From assembly GCF_006345805.1 (NCBI RefSeq), contig NW_021835460.1:33024-97023 (forward strand): 64,000 bases of DNA, written 5' to 3'. Every line of letters starts with the position of its first letter. The stretch's first letter is position 1. The notes under the pieces are model-generated. The model made no database searches. It saw only the letters and a program-made list of their open reading frames with translations, and was not told where the DNA came from. The stretch comes from Octopus sinensis. Its lineage: Eukaryota. The translations under genes were made by a program, and so were the position numbers. Of the stretch, positions 39,241 through 50,826 are shown piece after piece.

Positions 39241-39548
39241 ATGCGCCCTTTTCAAGCTTAGCCAGGCTCATGGGCCTGGTTTCCCGGTTTCTGTGGGGTA
39301 TACGACCCCCCCCCCAGCTGGACGGGGGACGCCAGTCCAACGCAGCGTTACTCAAGAGACATGAAGAGGAAGTGAGAGAAAGGTGGGGCGAAAGGGTACA
39401 ACAGGGGTCGCCACCACCCCTGCTGGAGCCTCGTAGAGCTTTAGGTGTTTCCGATCAATAAAATACACACAACGCCCGGTCTGGAAATCGAAACCGCGAT
39501 CCTCCGACCGCGAGTCCGCTGCTCTAACCACTGAGCCATTGCGCCTCC
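39241..39548 (-). mobile_element. Chimeric SINE (B head, V-like block, D tail)
   Basis: Ends gccattgcgcctcc (head) and begins atgcgcccttttcaagcttagccagg (tail). Confidence 0.85.
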
Positions 39549-39629
39549 TTTGTCATCATTATTATAACAAAATTCAAATGGAGTAAAAGCGAATGTAACA
39601 ATACACTGCTACACAGTTTGTGTAATTGT

Positions 39630-39907
39630 GGAGGCGCAATGGCCCAGTGGTTAGGGAAGCGGACTCGCGGTCGGAGGATCGCGGTTTCGATTCTCAGACC
39701 GGGCGTTGTGTGTGTTTATTGAGCGAAAACACCTAAAGCTCCACGAGTTCCTGCAAAACACTTCATTTGACGTTGCTCCAGTCCATTCAGTTGTCAAAAA
39801 TGAGTAACGCTGCGATGGTCTGGCGTCCCGGTCAGCTGGGGAAGAGATACGCCATAGAAACCGGGAAACCGGGCCCATGGGCCTGGCTAGGCTTTAAAAG
39901 GGCGCAT
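39630..39907 (+). mobile_element. Chimeric SINE (B head, D body, D tail)
   Basis: ggaggcgcaatggcccagtgg...caaaacacttcatttgacgttgctcc...gcctggctaggctttaaaagggcgcatt. Confidence 0.85.
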
Positions 39908-39993
39908 TTATTATTATCATTTATAAATGAGTGTGTCAACTGAAACATATTTTTGTATTAATGTCGATGTTGCTGTTGTTGTTGTTGTTGCAG

Positions 39994-40205
39994 GTACTGG
40001 CATGGCATCGTTGTAGATCCTTCGGGGAACTTCTACTACAGGTGGTTGGCTGTGACGTCAGTGGCTGTCATCTATAACATCCTTCTTATCGTTGCTCGCT
40101 CGGCATTCGGAGAACTCCAACGGAAGTATGTCGCCTTATGGATTACATTGGATTACCTCAGTGACCTGGTCTATCTTATAGACATGGGTGTGAGATTAAA
40201 GACAG
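39994..40205 (+). CDS. CNGA: CNG channel alpha subunit, exon encoding S1-S2
   Basis: Acceptor gttgttgcag at 39993 and donor gtgagt at 40206. Translates YWHGIVVDPSGNFYYRWLAVTSVAVIYNILLIVARSAFGELQRKYVALWITLDYLSDLVYLIDMGVRLKT(G), the classic CNGA VVDPSG.YYRW...LDY..D motif. Confidence 0.95.
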
Positions 40206-40214
40206 GTGAGTTAA

Positions 40215-41095
40215 TTGATCTTCATCGGTGCTGCCTGAAAACGTTACCTTAATACCTAAATACGTAAACTCGGAAACATCCTCTAGTTCACCGGTTTCTA
40301 CTTTAATACGTTTTCTTCATTAACGCACATATTTTTTGATTTGTCGCGGTTGACTTTCAATCCTAGTTTGGCAGCTGTTGCTTCTACTAATTTTGACGTT
40401 TTATTTTGCATTTGGCTATATGTTTGTGAAAGTAGCACTATATCATCTGCAAAGTCGAGATCTTCTAGAGGTTCTGCATCCGTCCATTCAATGCCTGTTT
40501 GGCTTTCAAAATAAGCAAATACAATCATTTATCAACAGATGCTTGCGTAGTATACTTAAAATTAGTTGGCCCGAACACATAAGCAATATGGAGCTATGGC
40601 AAAGAACAAATCAAGTTTCGATTAGGAGCAAATATTCAAGAAAAATGTGGAAGTGGATTGGTAGCCCAATTAGAAAAGAAACACCACATGTAGTGAAAAG
40701 TGCTTTACAGTGGAATCCGGATGGATATAGAAAGAGAGGTAGGCCTAAGTATTCGTGGCGTAGATCAGTGCTTTTCAAACTTTTTGCTGGAGCCGAACCC
40801 CAAAGAAACATTCCACTGGCTCGAGGAACCCCTGTGCAATAATTTAATAGTCTTATGCACACATATCTGCACAAGAGAATTAAAAATTACTGCCGATTTT
40901 AGCAGTTTTTAGCGGAACCCCTGGACTGTACTGGCGGAACCCTAAGGTTCCACGGAACCCTGGTTGAAAACTACTGGCGTAGATCAACACAAAAGGAATT
41001 AGAGAAAGGGGGACATTCAAGACAGAGTATAAGTACAGAAGCAAAAATTTATGCGACATGGAATTCAATTATAATTGGCCTATACTTATAAGAGT
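40215..41095. mobile_element. RTE-clade LINE fragment with inverted 5' part
   Basis: Minus strand ~40508-40215 encodes LEDLDFADDIVLL...GLKVNRDKSK...FTYLG...TDED (RT core). Plus strand from ~40508 encodes FINRCLRSILKISWPEHISN.ELW...WIG...WNPDGYRKRGRPKYSWRR (RTE C-terminus). Confidence 0.88.
40766..40976. mobile_element. hAT (Charlie/Buster-type) MITE, 211 bp
   Basis: TIRs cagtgcttttcaa / ttgaaaactactg and an exact 8-bp TSD gcgtagat (40758-40765 and 40977-40984) with central TA. Confidence 0.92.
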
Positions 41096-41289
41096 GGAAG
41101 TGGGGAGGGTAGTAGTGTTACTGGTAGCGGTAGTGGTAGAGGTGGTGATGGTGATGGTGGTGGTGGTAATAGCAGTGATAGTAGCGATGCTCACAACAAT
41201 GATAGTAGTGGTGGCGCTGGTGAGGGCGGCGGCGGTGGCGGCGGCGACAGTGATGAATAAGATGGTTGTTGTACGGATAATAACCGTTG

Positions 41290-41945
41290 GTGTCAAATAA
41301 TACGGGACGCGTTAGTAATTTGTGCAAAGATACAGATCTCGATGCACAGCCGGAAGTACATTCTCGATGTGCTAATTGAACGCTACACACAATACAATGA
41401 TCACCAAGGGTGATATGCATGTTCTGGGTGTCCAGAACATACATAAAACTTAGATAAAACTTAGATATGTTTCGACCAAAGATTGGTCCAGGCCATGTCT
41501 AACTTAATAGCACCACCTGATAGGATTATCTGAATCCTGTTTAAGTCAAGTTTTGTTTATGGTCCATTCAAGTAGTGAGTTTTTGTTGGGTGAGTTGTAT
41601 CCAATTATGGGTGGTTTATCTGGTATTCTTTGAAGGAATCTATCCAGACTCCGTTTAAAGTTGATGGGATCCTTTTCCTTTTTTATCTCTTTCGGGACAA
41701 TGTTAAATAGGGCAGGGCCTGTTGAGGAAAAGAAATTATGTTGCAGTGTACATGTATACATATGATACAACGAGTACAATAAACCCTCAAGGCTGCATAG
41801 TCTAGGATTACTTTGTAAGCACTACATGGCCACCACATGGTAAATGCTCTTTGCTATAATTCTATTCATGAAAATATAATCTGGTCGTAATTCAAAATTG
41901 AGTAAGCACTCAGAAATTAAGAGTAAATCAAGTTGAAGTTGAAGT
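41290..41945 (-). mobile_element. CR1/L2-group LINE 3' fragment
   Basis: FFSSTGPALFNIVPKEIKKEKDPINFKRSLDRFLQRIPDKPPIIGYNSPNKNSLLEW is the typical ORF2 end (GP.LFN.LP...FK..LD.FL..IPD.P...NSLL). Confidence 0.75.
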
Positions 41946-41954
41946 TTTATTTGT

Positions 41955-42120
41955 GGTAGAGGTGGCTGTGTGGTAAGTAGCTTGCTTACGAACCACAGGG
42001 TTCCAGGGTTCAGTCCCACTGCGTAGCACCTTGGGCAAGTGTCTTCTACTAATAGCCTCGGGTCGACCAAAACCTTCTGAGTGGATTTAGTAGATGGAAA
42101 CTGAAAGAAGCCCGTCGTAT
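41955..42120 (+). mobile_element. SINE family A head half
   Basis: ggtggctgtgtggtaagtagcttgc...gaaactgaaagaagcccgtcgtat. Confidence 0.85.
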
Positions 42121-42130
42121 ATGTGTATAT

Positions 42131-42191
<61 letters not shown>

Positions 42192-42310
42192 AGTTTGTGA
42201 CAGGTAACCGTCTAAACCTTTCTCCCCAAAATTATTGGCCTCTTACCTAAATTAGAAACATGAATAAATACATGAATAATAATAATAATGATGATCATTA
42301 ACGTAGTTCT

Positions 42311-42613
42311 GTTCCTTCCCGAGCCATACCCGGCTCATAAGGGCCGGTTTCCCGGTTTCTTGGCGTATAGGTTCCCCACCTGGACAGGAAGCCAGTCCAT
42401 CGCAGGTGAGCTGCAAGATGCAGGAGGAAAGAGTGAGAGAAAGTTGTGGCGAAAGAGTCAGCAGAAGTTTGCCATTACCTTCTGCCGGAGCCGCGTGGAG
42501 CTTAGGTGTTTTTTCGCTCATATAAACACACGCATCGCCCGGTCTGAGATTCGAACCCGTATCCCTCGACCGCGAGTCCGCTGCTCTAACCACTAGGCCA
42601 TGTGCCTCCACAC
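42311..42613 (-). mobile_element. SINE inserted into an older family-B SINE remnant
   Basis: 12-bp TSD taacgtagttct (42299-42310 / 42614-42625), which is itself family-B sequence continuing to ~42760. Confidence 0.85.
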
Positions 42614-42759
42614 TAACGTAGTTCTCGGGGAGATTGAGCGTGACACAGAGTGTGACAAGGCTGGCCCTTTGGTACAACAAAAACAGGAAGAAAGAGAAAA
42701 GTTGTACTGAAAGAGTACAGCAAGGTTTACTGCCGGAGCCTCGTGAAGCTTTGCGTGTT

Positions 42760-42917
42760 GTTGTTGTTATTGTTATTATTATTATTATTTTATTGTTATT
42801 ATTATTGTTATTATTATTATTATTATTGTTAATATTATTATTATTATCGTTATTATCATTGTTATTATTTATCACTCACAGCGCCTGGCCTAGGAATCGA
42901 AACCGCGATCCTACATA

Positions 42918-42982
<65 letters not shown>

Positions 42983-42986
42983 TTAA

Positions 42987-43040
<54 letters not shown>

Positions 43041-43044
43041 AATA

Positions 43045-43088
<44 letters not shown>

Positions 43089-43090
43089 CA

Positions 43091-43122
<32 letters not shown>

Positions 43123-43290
43123 GTTGTTGTTGTTGTTGTTGTTGTTATTGTTATTATTATTATTATTATTGTTAATATTATTATTATTATCGTTATTATC
43201 ATTGTTATTATTTATCATCATCATCATTATTATTATTGTAGTTGTTGTTGTCGTCGTCGCAGTCGTCGTCGTCGTTGTCGTCGTCGTTGT
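42760..43290. repeat. (ATT)/(AAT)/(GTT) triplet complex with a duplicated ~69-bp block (42805-42873, 43146-43214)
   Basis: Direct inspection. Confidence 0.85.
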
Positions 43291-44460
43291 TATCAGTAGA
43301 AGCAGAAAAATTCTTGAAGCATCACGCTAAGTTTCACATGACTATGCATAAGTGCAAACAATCGCAAACTCATCGAAACATGATTAATCATCGATATCTG
43401 ATTTGTTGTCAAAGCAAACACACAAAAAAAAAAACACGTCACATGTATAAAAAAAAAATCGTTCAGATCTTACATGCAAAACACGTGGTACTTTCCTTCT
43501 GCTCACATGCAAAATTGCGTGATGTTTTCATGTCGTCTATATTATATGTGTAAAACACACAATAACGATGAAGGTGACTATAGTTGATGCAAGATTCGTG
43601 TGGATTCAAAACGGATTGATTTTTTTTCAATGACCCTGTTTTGGCAACCAATTCATTGCCCATAGTTAATCATAGCCCCGTGAATTTACTAAAAGGTTCG
43701 CTTATATATTGTCAGCTTACATCTCCACTTCTGTAATTAAATAAACAGCAACATGAAACTCAGAGTAATGCTTCATAAGGTTTCGGCCTCCAATGAAATA
43801 TATAGCTCTCCTTTGTGTATTTAGTATTTTGTCTTTGTTAATAAGTGCGTTCACCAGTTCATGCATACACATACAAACACATACACACACACATGCGTAT
43901 GTAGTTTTTGAATGATAATACGGACATAATAGATAGTTTCGCGTAAGTCTTGCAGAAGGTCGGTATATATAGATATTTGGATGTGGAACGGTGTCTGCAA
44001 AGACGACTAAGATTGAAGTAAGGTGTGTGTCAATCCTCTCAAGAAAGTAAATGTGAATTATTATCTTTTCCGAGGAGAATATTTTTAGTGCAAAGATACA
44101 ACTGGAGATTAAAAACCATTGAGCTTTGTGTCGTCTGGTATTGGAACCGATAAATATTAGCTATACTATAAATTTAAAGAAAGAAAAAGAACGAAGGAAA
44201 GATAGAAAGATAGAATGACAGGAAGAAGAAGACAAGCAAACAGAAAATTTAACTAAAAGAAAAGAAAGACAGACAGAAGGAATTAAATATAAGATGAAAG
44301 AAGGAAACAAAGCGAGGGGTCGGTGGAGCAATGGTGCCGAACATTTTACGGTGACGTACACCAGTATCAGAGGATGTTTTTCCTCTCATGCAAGCAAAGT
44401 GCAAACGTTTCTAATTTAGTATTTAGGTATAGTTATATCTGTTTCTTTTTTTTTAATGTC

Positions 44461-44848
44461 CTCTTTTACTCTCTTTTACTTGTTTCAGTCATTTGACTGC
44501 GGCCATGCTGGAGCACCGCCTTTTAGTCGAGCAAATCGACCCCGGGACTTATTCTTTGTAAGCCCAGTACTTATTCTATCGGTCTCTTTTGCCGAACCGC
44601 TAAGTGACGGGGACGTAAACACACCAGGGGGACAAACACAGACACACAAACACATACACACACATATATATCTATACATTTATACGACAGACTTCTTTCA
44701 GTTTCCGTCTACCAAATCCACTCACAAGGCATTGGTCGGCCCGGGGCTATAGCAGAAGACACTTGCCCAAGGTGCCATGCAGTGGGACTGAACCCGGAAC
44801 CATGTGGCTGGTTAGCAAGCTACTTACCACACAGCCACTCCTGCGCCT
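44461..44848 (-). mobile_element. SINE family A with small internal deletion
   Basis: Near-consensus tail and head; acacca joins directly to gggggacaaac. Confidence 0.9.
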
Positions 44849-45664
44849 ATAATTAATCAATTTACATCATTGGCTTCTGTCAGAAAAAGCGTAAATTTTT
44901 CTTTCGAATGTCATATGTATTGGACCAATGCTGTAACGTTTTGCTTCCCATAGTTCGCACCGTTTAGTTCAGGAGCTACGAGAAGCAGACTGTTACAACT
45001 CCGGACAAGTACATATAAGTCATTGAAAGAGAGTCACAAATTACGAAATTAGATGAAGACTATTAGAGAAAATTCTTATTCAATAGCAGCAGAAGAGGCG
45101 GACTGTGTTTAGTAGAAAACTTGTATTTTACAGCATTATTCAACCCTTAAACTGAAACGTTATTCTTAGATTTTGCAATTGGGTTGCGCTTGAGAAACAA
45201 CATGGGAACTTATAGATAATAGAAAAAAATGGCGTGAAAGCGGAGAAAAGACATGGAAAAGTATAACAAAAAATACCAAATAATACCATTTACGTATACA
45301 TATGCATACACACATACACACAAACACACACACACAAACATACACACACACATATATATATATTTGAATTAAGCCTACTTTGGATTGCCTTTGTAACTTT
45401 GAATTAGCATATACTATATGCATATAGCATATATAGAGTATTCTATATCTTTTTCTGCATCAAAATATGTTGGCACAATAGCAACTATTGTCCATAAGGT
45501 ATGTTGTAATCACCAATTAAAGGTGAGATTTTATCCATTCTTATTCTCCATGTGTGTGTGTGTGTATTTAACTTGGTAGCAAAATCTTAAATTCGTTTCG
45601 TTACATCTTAAAAACCTATTCATTCCTGAAACTGATATGTTCTTTTTCTTTCTTTCTTTCACAG

Positions 45665-47058
45665 GTTACTTGGAGCACGGATTGATGGTTAGAGATACCA
45701 AAAAATTGCGATTGAATTACTTGAGATCCAAATCGTTTCGTTTCGATGTTGCTAGTATTTTACCAACTGATCTTTTCTATATCATAACCGGTATTAATGT
45801 GCCGGAATTACGGTTTAATCGCTTACTCCGTTTTACCAGACTTTGGGAATTTTTCGATCGGACAGAAACCCGTACAAATTTCACAAATTTGTTCCGGATT
45901 TGTAAACTAGTACTGTACATTCTTGTGATTATTCATTGGAATGCCTGCGCTTATTTTGCCATCAGCCATTCGATTGGTTACGGCGCAGACGGTTGGGTTT
46001 ATCCAAATATTTCAGAAAAGAAATTCGCACCTCTAACGCGAAAATACATTTATAGTTTTTACTGGTCTACTTTAACATTGACTACAATTGGGGAAACACC
46101 GGTCCCCGAACGTGATGAAGAATATTTGTTTGTGGTGGTAGACTTCTTAATCGGTGTTTTAATCTTTGCCACCATTGTTGGTAATGTGGGAAACATGATA
46201 ACAAATATGAACGCTCAGCGCGCCGAGTTCCAGCAAAGGATGGACGGCGTTAAGCAATATATGGAGTTTCGTAAAGTAAGTAAAGAACTTGAACAACGTG
46301 TGATCAAGTGGTTTGATTATCTATGGACCAATAAACAATCTCTGAATGAAGAAGAGGTTCTGTCGGCGCTGCCAGACAAACTAAAAGCCGAAATGGCCAT
46401 TCATGTCCATTTGGACACGCTGAAACAAGTAAGGATATTTCAAGACTGCGAGCCCGGTCTTCTTGTTGAACTAGTTTTGAAACTAAAGTTGCAAGTGTTC
46501 AGTCCCGGAGATTACATCTGCAGGAAGGGCGACATTGGTCGTGAGATGTACATCGTCAAAAGAGGACAATTGCAGGTAGTAGCCGATGATGGAATTACCG
46601 TCTACGCTACATTGACTGACGGAAGCGTGTTTGGAGAAGTAAGTATTTTAAATATTGCCGGAAATAAAACTGGGAATCGCAGAACGGCCAATGTCCGAAG
46701 CATTGGATATAGTGACTTGTTTTGTCTCTCTAAAAATGACTTATGGGATGCTCTGACGGAGTATCCTGCTGCTAAAAAACAACTAATTGAACGGGGGAGG
46801 CAGCTGTTGCTAAAAGACAATCTTCTAGACGAGGAAGTGCTGAAGAAGCAAGAGGAAAATGAGGAAAGTACTTCTCAAGTAGTAACACGGCTGGAGACTA
46901 GCTTAGACACGTTACAAACACGGTTCGCCCGCTTGTTGTGTGACTTCAACACGACACAGCAGAAGTTGAAACAACGGATAACCAAATTAGAGAAAGTATT
47001 AGCGCGAGACGACGACAGCGTGTCGAAAGTCTCCGACCAGTCCAATGCCGAGACGTAG
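45665..47058 (+). CDS. CNGA: CNG channel alpha subunit, large terminal exon (S3-S6, pore, C-linker, CNBD, C-terminal leucine zipper)
   Basis: Acceptor tttctttctttcacag at 45664; phase 1 gives G|[12 protein letters not shown]. Contains S4 [10 protein letters not shown], pore [36 protein letters not shown]...FGE...[34 protein letters not shown]...[10 protein letters not shown], and stop TAG at 47056-47058. Confidence 0.98.
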
Positions 47059-47179
47059 CTATAAAACAGACACGCTACAAGCGAACACTTATAACTTCTT
47101 TCAAAGCCACAGTTCCGTAATAAAGACAACAACATGGTGAAGCAAAAAAACCTTGCGGCCATGTTGGTAGCGGGCGACA

Positions 47180-47181
47180 GG

Positions 47182-47212
<31 letters not shown>

Positions 47213-47520
47213 GCAACAGCAACAGTGATAAATAGCATCAACTGCAGGATTAAGTGTGTAACAGCAGCAGCGACAGTAGCAGCAGCAGCAAAGACAGCAG
47301 CAGCAACAACAACAGCAGCAGCAGCAGCAAAGACACATAGACATCAGCTGCAGCAGCATCAACGACCGTTTCAGCAAACAGCAGCAGCAGCAGCTACATG
47401 CATCATCATCATCATCGTCATCGTCATCATCGTCATCGTCATCATCATCATCAATCTTCATCGCCGTCGACGTCACCACCATCACCACCACCACCACCAC
47501 CACCGCCACCGCCACGACCA
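47180..47520 (+). repeat. (CAG)n/(CAT)n/(CAC)n compound repeat in the probable CNGA 3' UTR
   Basis: Starts about 120 nt after the stop codon. Confidence 0.9.
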
Positions 47521-47780
47521 CTCATCACCATCGCCGCCATCTTCTTCATTGCCAACATCACTTTCTACGTTATTGTTGCTCCGGCTGTTACATTAACTAT
47601 TGACATCTGTTACTATTGCTTTTTATCGCCGGCATCACCAGTGTCACCGACGATGGTGACACTGGCGGCGATAATAATAATAATTTTGGTCAAGATTGTT
47701 CTGATCATCATAACTCTCTTTTATTGTTACTAATATTTTTTTTATTATTATAATTATAAACAGATCATTGTTATTAACAC

Positions 47781-47786
47781 AATAAA
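47781..47786 (+). terminator. Candidate polyadenylation signal of CNGA (alternative AATAAA at 47119-47124)
   Basis: AATAAA about 720 nt after the stop and before the next SINE. Hexamer only, in AT-rich DNA. Confidence 0.3.
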
Positions 47787-47845
47787 GAATCTATTATCAT
47801 TATCACTATTAGTATTATTATTACCATTATATTATTAGCCTCAGT

Positions 47846-48262
47846 AAAGCGCCGAGCTGGCAGAATCGTTAGCACGCCGGGCGAAATGCTTAGCGGTATT
47901 TCGTCTGCTGTTACACTCTGAGTTCAAATTCTGCCGAGGTCGACTTTGCCTTTCATCCTTTCGGGGTCGATAAATTAAGTACCAGTTACGAACTGGGCCG
48001 ATGTAATCGACTTCATACCTATGTCTGTCCTTGTTTGTTCCCTCTGTGTTTAGCCCCTTGTGGGTAATAAAGAAATAGGTATTTCGTCTACCGTTACGTT
48101 CTGAGTTCAAATTCCGCAGAGGTCGACTTTGCCTTTCATCCTTTCGGGGTCGATTAAATAAGTACCAGTTACGCACTAGGGTCGATATAATCGACTTAAT
48201 CCGTTTGTCTGTCCTTATTTGTTCCCTCTGTGTGTAGCCCCTTGTGGGCAGTAAAGAAATAA
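47846..48262 (+). mobile_element. SINE family C, dimeric
   Basis: Second unit starts at 48079. Confidence 0.9.
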
Positions 48263-48419
48263 GAAAGTGTACTATATAAACTGTGGTATAAAACTGAATG
48301 TGTTTTATGTAGAAAGTAGGATGTACCTAACAGGATTACTTTTGGACGTTGTATGTAACGTTGTGAACCTTGAAATGGTTTGTATGTTGTTTTTTCTTTG
48401 TATTATTATAACAATTTGC

Positions 48420-49005
48420 ATTATTGACTTGTGGAGCTTTGTCTGATAGCTGCTGACGCATGCAGGACGGATCCGGTTATTAACCGAGTCCATCGTAATG
48501 ATTACCCTGTCACCTTCTTATGGTCGGGAAGAGAAGGCAGTTTTCCACTGCCTGATGGCTATAGCGAAGGAGACGGTGTGGTGGCCGAGATTGAAAGGAC
48601 TGAAAAATCAGATACTTTCCTCTTCGACCAAGCCCTCATCGAAAAGGAAAGTGAAAGTAGAGAGGGAAGAACTGCTTCCCAATTTTTTTTTTCGTTGAAA
48701 GGCGGGTGAACGTGGCGAGGATGACCTGTATGAATGGGCCTACTCTGAACATGCGCCTGTAGGCCGGAGGAGTTGAAGAGAAGAGAGGTGCTAGCCTGAA
48801 GTGCCCTTGGTGGTCGGAGTGACCAGAATGTGTGGGGTTCCTAGTTGGCCCTGAGAGGAACTCCCTCCTTTTGGGGGAATTTGTTAAAATTTTGTTGTTA
48901 TTGTCATTTATTTTGAACACGAATATTGTGCTTAATCCCACTTGTACCTCGTCTCGTATCGTTCCTATTTGTCTTGTGTTCGGCCCTTTTGGCCAATAAA
49001 GAAAA
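48420..49005 (+). mobile_element. L1/Tx1-like LINE 3' fragment with 3' UTR
   Basis: PSYGREEKAVFHCLMAIAKETVWWPRLKGLK...RKVKVERE...RWVNVARM, then a GC-richer UTR ending aataaagaaaa. Family recognised by eye. Confidence 0.55.
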
Positions 49006-49535
49006 GGTTATCATTATAACTAGTGTTTCAATTATTACAGTTATTCTACTTTTTCCTGCCCTACATCCTTCTCATCTCAGTTTCAAGATCTTTACACAAT
49101 GATGGTTCGTATTCATGTCCTTTTGGTCAACACGGATCGAGATTTCTCTCAGAGTACAGACATTTCTATTCCAGTCTTTGATAATTCGATCTGGATGATT
49201 TGATCACCTTGTCAGTCTTACCTGGGGTTGATTTGCTCGACTAAAGGCGGTGCTCTAGCATGGCCACATGACTGAAACAAGTAAAAGAGTAAAGAGTGAG
49301 AGTACGCATGTATATATGCATATATATATATATATATATATACTCTCTTTACTCTTTTACTTGTTTCAGTCATTTGACTGCGGCCATGCTAGAGCACCGC
49401 CTTCAGTCGAGCAAATCGACCCCGGGACTTATTCTTTGTAATCCCAGTACTTATTCTATCGGTCTCTTTTGCCGAACCGCTAAGTTACGGGGACGTAAAC
49501 ACACCAGCATCGGTTGTCAAGCAATGCTAGTAGTT

Positions 49536-49599
<64 letters not shown>

Positions 49600-49799
49600 C
49601 CTTACAGCTAAAATACTTGTAAATATATGAAAAAGAAAACACTACTCGACGCATATCAAGGTAGACTGTCATTATACAACTTTTTTTTTAAGGTTGTAGC
49701 ATGTTTCGTCTCGGAGACATCGAAGTTGCATCTAGAATAATAGGTCTTCAATGTAACTATGACCCTGATGGACCTAAAACCTGTCCAGCACTATCATGT

Positions 49800-49847
<48 letters not shown>

Positions 49848-50109
49848 CAAAGAGGTGTTGAAAAGTTCCAGGTTTTGGGTAAAAGAAAATACAGGAGGAT
49901 CAGTCAATTGTGGTTTTATTCAACATATTCCCTTCTCAGATTCACACACTTATCACAGCGGTCCTTTAGTTTTTCTAAGCCCTGTGAAAGAACTTTGAAG
50001 TTTGGGCTTCTATCCAGGCCTTTCGCAATACCCTCAAAGCCAGGAAATTCTCAGCACCCTCTCATGTGTGTGTGTGTGTGTGTGTGCTCGCGCATATATG
50101 CATGTATAT

Positions 50110-50540
50110 ATTCTCTCTTTTCTCTTCTACTCTTTTACTTGTTCCAGTCATTTGACTGTGGCCATGCTGGAGCATCGCCTTTTTTTATTCGAGCAAATCG
50201 ACCCCAGGACTTATTCTTTGTACGCCTAGTACTTATTCTATCGGTCTCTTTTGACGAACCGCTAATGTTACGGGGACGTAAACACACCAGCATCGGTTGT
50301 CAAGCGATGTTGGTGGGGGGGGGGACAAACACAGACACACAAACAAACACACATACATATATATATATACATATATACGACGGGCTTCTTTCGGTTTCTG
50401 TCTACCAAATCCACTCACAAGGCTTTAGTCAGCCCGAGGCTATAGTAGAAGACACTTGCCCAAGGTACCATGCAGTGTGACTGAACCCGGGACTATGTGG
50501 TTCGTAAGGAAGCTATTTACCACACAGCCACTCCTACGCC

Positions 50541-50541
<1 letters not shown>
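50110..50541 (-). mobile_element. SINE family A, full length
   Basis: Same structure as the other copies. Confidence 0.88.
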
Positions 50542-50587
<46 letters not shown>

Positions 50588-50764
50588 GTCAAAATAAGGG
50601 TGAAAAAATTGAATATTAATTAGTAACATCAATTCAAACACCAAGTGGCCTAGTGTATAAAAGACTGGGATACAGTAAAAATTATTAATACAAAACAATA
50701 AGAGAGAGTCCACTATGTGGACGCTCTAACGCTAGATATAGATCCGCAAAGGGAATCCGCCACC

Positions 50765-50826
<62 letters not shown>

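Noticed and set aside
40046-40252. 68-aa ORF as a standalone gene
   Set aside because: It is the CNGA exon read through its donor into the inverted LINE.
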